Source of the DNA: an uncultured archaeon
Lineage (GTDB): Archaea; Asgardarchaeota; Thorarchaeia; Thorarchaeales; Thorarchaeaceae
Assembly (NCBI GenBank): GCA_964473825.1
Contig: CAYYQL010000062.1
Span: 1-10,305 of the forward strand
DNA length: 10,305 nucleotides
Direction: 5' to 3'
Position 1 is the stretch's first letter. Each line of letters opens with the position of its first letter. Positions 1 to 6,783 of this stretch are shown one piece after another. The notes below the pieces were generated by a model that searched no databases, was not told where the DNA came from, and saw nothing but the letters and a program-made list of their open reading frames with translations. The position numbers and the translations under genes are program-made.

Positions 1-152
1 TCGTTGAGGACGTGTGCAGGAACATCCTCCAGAACGCAAAGGAGTCATTCAAGGACCGCAATCTGGAGATGTATGCAGAGGCGACTTCGCTTGAAAGCAT
101 TCACAAACACGATGTGATTGCACACGGACATATTGTCGTCAATGGTGGATGA
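1..152 (+). CDS. mptA: 3' end (partial) of GTP cyclohydrolase MptA/FolE2 family (GCYH-IB/IV)
   Basis: Manual translation in frame 3 (not in the ORF track): VEDVCRNILQNAKESFKDRNLEMYAEATSLESIHKHDVIAHGHIVVNGG*, TGA at 150-152. The (F)VEDxxR and ESIHxHD motifs are the conserved C-terminal motifs of the FolE2/MptA family. Confidence 0.85.
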   Translation, partial: VEDVCRNILQNAKESFKDRNLEMYAEATSLESIHKHDVIAHGHIVVNGG

Positions 153-235
153 TTCGAAAAATCGGAACTGATATGTCAAGACAACCAATATATTCAGAAT
201 CTGCTATTTCTGCCTTCCCCCTAGAAGAAATCTTG

Positions 236-241
236 GTATAT
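236..241 (+). promoter_or_regulatory. Possible TATA box for a leaderless transcript of the giant membrane protein
   Basis: GTATAT lies 25 nt upstream of ATG 261, and there is no clear SD. An alternative candidate is AATATATT at 187-194. Confidence 0.3.
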
Positions 242-260
242 CTGACGGATGTGCAGTCAC

Positions 261-3200
261 ATGAGAGTTATGAGGGCAATCCTGTCCTGTCTGTTCGTAG
301 TAACACTGTTGGTAAGCACTGCTCCATACCTGGACCATATGCAATCATCAGGTTCTACATCATCGTCTGAGAGGCAGAAGTCGGTGCCCGATGGTCCGCA
401 ACCACTCGAAACGGAATCTGTAGGTCATGTGTTTTCTGAAGAATCCATACATCAGGGCATTCTCAATCCTGCTCTTGTGGAACAAAGAGGGTTCGTGCTG
501 TCTGACAACATCAGTGCTAGAACGGATACGACGCCTTCACCGACCGTTAGTCTTCCGCTGGATATTGAAAGCTCGTGGGCCTTCAGTGAAAGCTCTATCG
601 AAATCTTTGGTTTGGAGCGCCTCTACGCGGTGAATGGCTCCTTTGATGAAGGTTACCCTGGCAGCAACACGGATCCTAACGGCACAGTCGCTTACTATCC
701 CTATGGATGGACAGCGAACAGCAATAGCAGTTCCGATGATACACAAATGGCTTCCTACGTGCAGAGTTCTGAGGACTATGTACTCGTGGAGAATCAGGGC
801 AGGAAGAAGGAAGGTACGGCAAACATATACCGCCACTATGCAGGGAGCGCAGTGTTCTGGGAGCAGGAGGTGAGTAATTCCCCTTATACTGAAGACTTCC
901 AGTTGTCCCTGTCTTTTCTCTATGACAGCGGCCCATTGGGTCAGAACATCGCAGAGGGATGTTCCCTGTACGTTTCTGTTGATGCCGTCCCCGTGTGGAA
1001 GGTGAATCTCGTGAATCTTACACAGCGAGATGTGTGGTTTGATAGCGGGATAATTCCAGTATACTACCCCGGAGCGCCGTTGTCGTTCAACATCAGTGTA
1101 GGTTTGATTATCGACAAGTTCCTAGAACTGGATGAAAATGATGACAATGATCTAGATCTTAACCCTGACGGCCTTGCTAATGCCAAATACATCACTGTGT
1201 ACATAGATGACTTTGCTCTGACTGGAACTGAACCACCATCTTTCGAGAGTGTTGACCTATCGCTGGTGGCCGGAGGTGAGGTCTGCGAGATAACCGGAAC
1301 TGATGGTCGTGGAAATGCCACAGTCTACTTTGATCCTCTCTATGATACAGACCCTCTTCTTGTTTCTGTCCACTCCAACACTTCTGTAAGATTCAACTTC
1401 ATAGCAAGAGCACTTGCGCATCGGTTCATCAATTCCACATTCAATACTGACATTGATGATGAAGGTGTGATGTATGAGGCGTCTGCAAACAAAGGTGTGG
1501 ACCTGCTTCTCTTCACTTATCTCGGCTTTGTCGGCGATTACACCAACTTTACCGTGAGAATATACTATCCTGAAGACTGGGACAATGTCACGGTCTATGA
1601 TCCATTCTTGAAGGATGTTACATCCGAGTGTGCTATCTCTCCTGGTATGGTTGTGTTATCAGGCTCAATCTTGTCGAGGCTAGGTTGGTGGGAGTTGAAC
1701 CTGCAATCTCCTAATTATGCCCAGAGTATCAAGACACAGAAGTACGACTCTGGCTTGGCTTCGTGGCTGGACTCGGAGAGTTTTAGAACTGACAACACCA
1801 CACGGGCTCAAGTCAGTATTGCCACCTCTCTGGAAAGCCCCTACCTCAATGACCCCATAAACTTCACGTGGTATCTTCCCAATGGTTCTCTCTGGGTGGG
1901 CTACTCATTGACTCCGAATTCTGTTGGTACAGTTAACTCCAGTTCACATACAATCGGCGCTGGGAACTCGAGTGCCGGAGAATGGTTCGTAACTATGGCT
2001 TGGTCGAACGGTACAGAGGTGGCTATCGGTGCAGCCCGGTTCGTTGTTATCCACTCGAGCTCACTCGAAGTGGTCGTGGACGAGATTGAGGTGACATCCG
2101 GAGAAATAATCTCGAACTTCGTGAAATTCAAAGACAGTGAGACGGAAGAATACCTTACAGAAGATTACATCTCAGTGACGGCGAACTGGACCGTTGGCTC
2201 AATCACCTTCACACAGAATCTCGTGAGAAAACGATACGAGGCCGATTTCGATACTTCGGACTTACAGCAGGGCATAACAGCAGTCAACGTCACTGCTGTA
2301 TCGTTGTATCATGACACATCCTCGATTCACTTCGTCATCATCGTGCCCTATGGAACCACTGCTACTCTGCTGGACGCAGATGACGGGGTTGTAGAGGTTG
2401 ACATCTACGTCCCAACCCCTGTGACCATGCGATATGAAAGAACGGATGGCGCTGGAATCCAAGATGCTAACATATCTGTGCATTACTCGGGATCTGCAGG
2501 TGGTATGGACTGGGTTGAAGTAGCCAATGGAGACTCTGGTAACTACACCATTGAGTTCACAGGTAAGGAATCCGGTATCTACGAAGTTGATATCGTCTTT
2601 TCGAAATACGCGCATGAAGATGCCCAAACATCCTTTCTGTTCATCGTTGCAGAACTTGGCTCAGTACTCACTCTGCTGAATGGAACTTCAGAGTCAATCG
2701 AATATGGCAATACTTTCGATCTATTTCTTCGCTACGAAAATACTACAGGGTATGGACTCGAGAACGCCAGTATCTCAGTCCAATCAACTGGAGAAGACGA
2801 TGCGATCCTTATCGGTGCGGTATCGGAACTAGGTGGGGGAGATTACTCAGTTCAGCTCTCACCCTATGAGACAGACACATTCACAATCATAGTGGGCGCC
2901 TCGACCCCAATCCACGATACACAGTATGCCACCTTCACTCTCACTGTGATAGATATCGATATGACCCTCACGTACCAGTTGTCCGCATCAAGCATTCCCA
3001 TTGGGCGTAACATCACTGTCACTCTCGAGCTCTATGATGCGAATTCAGATCCAGTCACAGGTGCACTACTTGAGTTCATCGACCCTCCATCTTCTGCTAT
3101 TCTTGACCTATCTACTAGTATGTACTCAGACAACGGTCGATACACATTCAATGTTTCCTTTATCGAAACAGGTTCTTTCGTTCTGAGTGTTAGGGCGAAC

Positions 3201-4946
3201 AAAGAGAACCACCGGAATTCTACGAGTGCCATTTCCATTGTTTCGACAAATATCCCCACTTCATTATCAACATCAGAAGGTTTCAGTTCGGCGGCCATTG
3301 AATATGGCTCAAGCTTGGAACTAGTTCTCTTCTTTGTTCGGACCGACCTCAAGGCAAACGTGTCCGGGGCAGTCGTCGATGTTCAGGCCGATGATCTTTC
3401 AGGATTGACTATCTCTATCGTTGAGAGTCAATCTACATACAGGGTCAGAATACGCTCCAACCGGACTGGCCGCTGGGTCTTTACTTTCACAGCAACCAAG
3501 ATGGACCACGACCCGGATTTGATGCAATTCACGCTTGACGTTCAGCTGATTGGCACAGACCTCAGTGGTACAAGCCCAATGAGTTCCATCTATCTCTTGC
3601 GAAACTATGTTTTTCCCTTCTCCTATGAAATGACAAACGGCACCGGAATAATTGGAGCCTCCATATCTGAGTCGGGACCCGGTTCAGAATATGTATCTGT
3701 AAGGGATGATGGCGAAGGAAACTATTCTGTTCTGCTGACACCTGAAGATGTCGGCACTTATTCTGTACGTTTCACTTTTAGCAAGGTGGGCCACAGGCCT
3801 CGTGAGTACACTCTGTCTTTCGCAGTGACACCGGTTCCTCTCGAAGTCACTGTAGAGTCTCTCTCTTGGTCTCAGGGTCTTCCTCTGGTTATTGTTGCCA
3901 GAGTTGTTGAGGCAGACACTGATGCCCCTGTTGATGATGCGTTTGTGCGATTTCAGCTGTATACTGATAACGCTGTCATAGCAGAGGGGACTCTCAATGC
4001 AGTTGGTAATGGTGTCTATCGCTCTCAAGTTGATGAAGAGTGGATAAATGACAACACTCTGGAATTATCCCTCTCGGTCACAAAGGAGGGCTATGACCTT
4101 GAGGCTCCTGTTGTTCTTAGCGTCATTTCCGTTCCGAATCCAGACATCCAGAACTACCAGAACTTCATGACCTACGGTGTTCCAAGCATTGGCATCTTTG
4201 TGTTTGTAGTCGTAGGTCTGCAGGCCTATCGGTGGAGAGAGAAGCGAAAACAGGAACTCCGCCGGCAGAATGCTCGTGTCAAGCAAAGGTTTGCAGATGC
4301 CCAGAACATCTTGGGAGTTCTCGTGATGCACAAGACGAGCGGCCTTCCTGTCTATTCGCAGGCCATGAAACCAGGTCTCGATGAGGGTGTGCTCTCTGCC
4401 TTCATATCTGCGATATCCCATTTCCGGAGCGAGTTTGGACTGGAAGAGGTCAGCAACTACTCAGCCATCCCGATATCTGATGTGGTTCGGGTGGTCCCAA
4501 CCGAGAATCTAATCTGTGCCACTGTCACACTCACTCCTCCATCAGATGAACAGGAGGAGCGAATGATTGAAGGAGCGAAGGCTGTTCATGAGAGATTCGA
4601 TGATCAGTTTGAGGAAACCCCTGTAGAGTTCCGGGATGAGTTCACGGCAGCCATATTTGACCAGATGTTCGAAGAATACTTGGATGGGTATCTCCTTCAG
4701 GAATACCAGATCAACCCTGACATGGATGTTCCTAGAAATCTTCGGTGTGTCAAAGAAGGAGTCGAGGCTCTAGAATCTCGGTATTTCAAGCTCTCACGTC
4801 TCGCCCGCTCTATGTCTTCATGTGGATTCAGTGACACCACAATTTACCGCAAGATATGGGACGCATTGGAGTATGGTTTGCTGATTCGTACACCTTCATC
4901 AGAGCCTGATAGAGGTCTCGACTGGGAGGCACCTCCCGAATCGTAG
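261..4946 (+). CDS. Giant (~1560 aa) single-pass cell-surface glycoprotein with Ig-like repeats and a cytoplasmic longin/roadblock-like domain
   Basis: Long uninterrupted ORF (track start 249; ATG 261 or 270 fits the signal peptide better). N-terminal signal/anchor MRVMRAILSCLFVVTLLVSTA. Acidic, Ser/Thr-rich, beta-rich ectodomain with about 30 N-X-S/T sequons by manual count. One TM helix (YGVPSIGIFVFVVVGLQAY, ~4173-4229), then a basic stretch RWREKRKQELRR and a ~240-aa cytoplasmic tail. Confidence 0.9.
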   Translation: MRVMRAILSCLFVVTLLVSTAPYLDHMQSSGSTSSSERQKSVPDGPQPLETESVGHVFSEESIHQGILNPALVEQRGFVLSDNISARTDTTPSPTVSLPLDIESSWAFSESSIEIFGLERLYAVNGSFDEGYPGSNTDPNGTVAYYPYGWTANSNSSSDDTQMASYVQSSEDYVLVENQGRKKEGTANIYRHYAGSAVFWEQEVSNSPYTEDFQLSLSFLYDSGPLGQNIAEGCSLYVSVDAVPVWKVNLVNLTQRDVWFDSGIIPVYYPGAPLSFNISVGLIIDKFLELDENDDNDLDLNPDGLANAKYITVYIDDFALTGTEPPSFESVDLSLVAGGEVCEITGTDGRGNATVYFDPLYDTDPLLVSVHSNTSVRFNFIARALAHRFINSTFNTDIDDEGVMYEASANKGVDLLLFTYLGFVGDYTNFTVRIYYPEDWDNVTVYDPFLKDVTSECAISPGMVVLSGSILSRLGWWELNLQSPNYAQSIKTQKYDSGLASWLDSESFRTDNTTRAQVSIATSLESPYLNDPINFTWYLPNGSLWVGYSLTPNSVGTVNSSSHTIGAGNSSAGEWFVTMAWSNGTEVAIGAARFVVIHSSSLEVVVDEIEVTSGEIISNFVKFKDSETEEYLTEDYISVTANWTVGSITFTQNLVRKRYEADFDTSDLQQGITAVNVTAVSLYHDTSSIHFVIIVPYGTTATLLDADDGVVEVDIYVPTPVTMRYERTDGAGIQDANISVHYSGSAGGMDWVEVANGDSGNYTIEFTGKESGIYEVDIVFSKYAHEDAQTSFLFIVAELGSVLTLLNGTSESIEYGNTFDLFLRYENTTGYGLENASISVQSTGEDDAILIGAVSELGGGDYSVQLSPYETDTFTIIVGASTPIHDTQYATFTLTVIDIDMTLTYQLSASSIPIGRNITVTLELYDANSDPVTGALLEFIDPPSSAILDLSTSMYSDNGRYTFNVSFIETGSFVLSVRANKENHRNSTSAISIVSTNIPTSLSTSEGFSSAAIEYGSSLELVLFFVRTDLKANVSGAVVDVQADDLSGLTISIVESQSTYRVRIRSNRTGRWVFTFTATKMDHDPDLMQFTLDVQLIGTDLSGTSPMSSIYLLRNYVFPFSYEMTNGTGIIGASISESGPGSEYVSVRDDGEGNYSVLLTPEDVGTYSVRFTFSKVGHRPREYTLSFAVTPVPLEVTVESLSWSQGLPLVIVARVVEADTDAPVDDAFVRFQLYTDNAVIAEGTLNAVGNGVYRSQVDEEWINDNTLELSLSVTKEGYDLEAPVVLSVISVPNPDIQNYQNFMTYGVPSIGIFVFVVVGLQAYRWREKRKQELRRQNARVKQRFADAQNILGVLVMHKTSGLPVYSQAMKPGLDEGVLSAFISAISHFRSEFGLEEVSNYSAIPISDVVRVVPTENLICATVTLTPPSDEQEERMIEGAKAVHERFDDQFEETPVEFRDEFTAAIFDQMFEEYLDGYLLQEYQINPDMDVPRNLRCVKEGVEALESRYFKLSRLARSMSSCGFSDTTIYRKIWDALEYGLLIRTPSSEPDRGLDWEAPPES
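2052..4136 (+). repeat. Seven tandem degenerate ~95-100 aa Ig-like beta-sandwich repeats (protein level)
   Basis: Recurring pattern: D/G-x-G/P-I/V-x-x-A-x-I/V (DGAGIQDANI, TGYGLENASI, SDPVTGALL, KANVSGAVV, NGTGIIGASI, DAPVDDAFV); GxY (GNY, GDY, GRY, GNY, GVY); GxY/F/W; then K-x-x-H/Y before the last strand. Confidence 0.8.
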
Positions 4947-5022
4947 CCTCAGGCTGATTCGGTCTTCTTTTGTCGGTTGCCACTCCTCTGTGTTTTCGGA
5001 CCCTTTCTCCCCTCGTCTTCTC
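4947..5022 (+). terminator. Possible archaeal pyrimidine/U-rich terminator region
   Basis: TCTTCTTTT, TGTTTT and CCCTTTCTCCCCTCGTCTTCTC tracts follow the stop codon directly. A small inverted repeat AGCCT-C-AGGCT overlaps the stop. Confidence 0.35.
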
Positions 5023-5143
5023 ATGGACATGGAAATCTTGCCCTTGTAGATTCCCTCGAAACAGCCTTTTCCGATGGATAATCCGCGATATTGCTCGTAT
5101 CATGACTGGATATGCCTCCCGGTATTACGTGGAGAGTGGGCTC

Positions 5144-5218
5144 GTTGCACGCAACCTTATATGCTTTCCAATCGAAGTAGGGGTGAGTTGTACCACAGCA
5201 ACTGAATAGTACAAGGAG
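5144..5218 (+). promoter_or_regulatory. Putative promoter (TTATAT 5157-5162) with flanking GTTG..CAAC palindromes and SD (AAGGAG 5213-5218)
   Basis: TATA-like hexamer identical to the one upstream of metG. Inverted repeats at 5144-5155 and 5186-5203. The SD lies 7 nt upstream of ATG 5226. Confidence 0.5.
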
Positions 5219-5225
5219 ATGGCGA

Positions 5226-5381
5226 ATGATGGCCGAAGAAACAACACAGAATCCGCGTCCGAGTTCAACTCTGCAGAAGAATGCCGAGGTTCTGAATGTC
5301 CTCTATGGATTACTAGACAGCGACAGAGAACCGACAGATGATGACGCGAGGACTCTTCGTTACCTCTACTCCAGTTCTTAG
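5226..5381 (+). CDS. Small hypothetical protein, 51 aa (not in the ORF track)
   Basis: MMAEETTQNPRPSSTLQKNAEVLNVLYGLLDSDREPTDDDARTLRYLYSSS*. It has an upstream TATA, a well-spaced AAGGAG SD, protein-like composition and an amphipathic helix pattern. Confidence 0.6.
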   Translation: MMAEETTQNPRPSSTLQKNAEVLNVLYGLLDSDREPTDDDARTLRYLYSSS

Positions 5382-5778
5382 AACATCTTATGCTCCTCAT
5401 GTAACAATGAGGTCTTCATTCGCTGTCTCACATGCACCTCCCGGCAGGCGAGACACAGTGGGACGGGTCCTCTGATTCGTCCCACACCATCTCTTGGCAT
5501 CTTCCAGTTGCCGACAATCCCATTCTCGGAAGATAACTAAATGGAACAGGAGCGGCTGTGAACAGTCTGTCTACGACTCTGCGTTCCTTGGTAGTTCGAC
5601 GGTTCCGTGATCTGATGCACCCCTCTGCGAATGCTGGTCTACTCAGTCTTCTGTGTCATGGGTTAGTTCTTCTTGGGTTTCCTATTCTCCCAACCAGACC
5701 GCAACTCCGATGGAGCATAGACAATCAAGAAGACATACAGTGGGAAATCTATTAGGCGACGTCTCGTGCTTGACGAGT

Positions 5779-6561
5779 ATGGTTTCAGTCAAGGTGGTCA
5801 GGACTGAGTTCGAGTCGGGTGGCCACCATATCCGTGGAGATTTCGTGTTACCCGAGGGCGATGGCCCACTTCCCGGTATATGCAAGTATCACGGTCTGCC
5901 GGGTGGAGATGATCAGGTGCGTGGAATTGCTACTGACCTGGCGAGAGTTGGGTTTGCAGTTCTTACGTTCGACTTTCGCGGTTTCAGACGGAGCGAAGGG
6001 GTCTTTTCATTACCGGCCCAGCTAGACGATGCCCGGAATGCAGTAACATGGCTTCTCGACTCAGAGTATACTGTAGATGATTGGGTGGGCATCTATGCAG
6101 CCAGTTTCGGAGGACCTGTGGCCATCATATCCGCGGCTCACGATAAGCGCATTGATGCGGTCTGTCTGAGAGCGCCAGTCTATGACCTTCTTTGGTTCGT
6201 GGGTAGTCCGATGGTGCCCGCAGAGATGAAGCGACTGATCACTGAGGAATCTGATGTGGTCCACGGATTGACAGACGAAACAATGAGTCAGATGTATGAC
6301 CAGATGATGGAAGATGCCGCAGGTTACGATCTGTTGGAACTCATCTCCCAAATCTCGCCTCGTCCGTTGATGATTACAACAGGTCTTCTTGACAAGGGGA
6401 TCGACTCGACGGGTGTTCGACGTCTGTTCGAGGCTGCGAAAGAGCCGAAGGAGCTACATCTTGTGAACGAGGCCGATCATGTTCTAAGCAGTCCCAGAGC
6501 ATATCAAGAAACGTCTGAACTTGTTCTTGACTGGTTTCTGAGAAGATGTCCATACAGGTGA
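5779..6561 (+). CDS. Alpha/beta-fold hydrolase (esterase/peptidase S9/S15-like), ~260 aa
   Basis: HGLPG oxyanion motif, GFAVLTFDFRGFRRSEG, nucleophile elbow YAASFGG, acid in TGLLD, His in EADH. ATG 5779 is a more plausible start than the track's 5653, whose extension is not family-like. Confidence 0.9.
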   Translation: MVSVKVVRTEFESGGHHIRGDFVLPEGDGPLPGICKYHGLPGGDDQVRGIATDLARVGFAVLTFDFRGFRRSEGVFSLPAQLDDARNAVTWLLDSEYTVDDWVGIYAASFGGPVAIISAAHDKRIDAVCLRAPVYDLLWFVGSPMVPAEMKRLITEESDVVHGLTDETMSQMYDQMMEDAAGYDLLELISQISPRPLMITTGLLDKGIDSTGVRRLFEAAKEPKELHLVNEADHVLSSPRAYQETSELVLDWFLRRCPYR

Positions 6562-6583
6562 CTTTGGCCAGAGAGCGTTACAG

Positions 6584-6589
6584 TTATAT
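6584..6589 (+). promoter_or_regulatory. Putative TATA box upstream of metG
   Basis: TTATAT, the best AT-rich candidate in the 6562-6783 intergenic region and the same hexamer as at 5157-5162. Confidence 0.35.
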
Positions 6590-6783
6590 CAGCAGAGAAG
6601 ACGCCTATTTGTATCATTCTAAGGCGGGAAGAAAGCTTCAAGGTATCGAAACTAACAGACCTGACGAACGGATTCGAACGGCAGTCCAGTCCAGAGAGAG
6701 CGCCCCGGTTCTTGCTTCACACAGGTATCTGGTGCAGTCGGGACTAGGCGATATCCGCCAGAAATGATAGGAGTGTGACAAGA

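Noticed and set aside
427-4421. Numerous short alternative-frame and antisense ORFs inside the giant gene (likewise those within the hydrolase, metG and phosphatase genes)
   Set aside because: They are nested in well-supported CDSs and have no motifs; these are typical shadow ORFs.
4924-4937. GGGAG-GCAC-CTCCC hairpin at the end of the giant gene
   Set aside because: It lies inside the coding sequence (WEAPP), is short and has no adjacent U-tract, so it cannot be separated from chance.
5219-5343. Alternative frame MANDGRR...TDR ending in TGA TGA, as a possible selenoprotein with a downstream SECIS
   Set aside because: The ATG abuts the SD with no spacer, there is no redox-motif context, and I could not build a convincing SECIS downstream.
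4828-5400. Two in-frame minus-strand ORFs (5125-5400 and 4828-5103) separated by one TAA, as a possible readthrough gene or pseudogene
   Set aside because: Arg/Ser-rich with no recognisable motif; one is antisense to the better-supported 51-aa ORF and the other overlaps the giant gene. TAA is not a known recoding codon. The GGAGG before ATG 5103 is noted only in the promoter finding.
5382-5778. tRNA, SRP RNA, RNase P RNA or hammerhead ribozyme in the long intergenic region
   Set aside because: No cloverleaf around GTTCGA (5594-5599), no SRP helix-8 motif, no GAGGAAAGUCC, and no CUGAnGA/GAAA core on either strand.
6584-6760. Superficial similarity to a SAM-I riboswitch or T-box upstream of metG
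   Set aside because: The core conserved elements (AUC..GAG/GAU P1, GCAACC, GGUGC-AA; T-box GGUGGNACC) are not present in the right arrangement.
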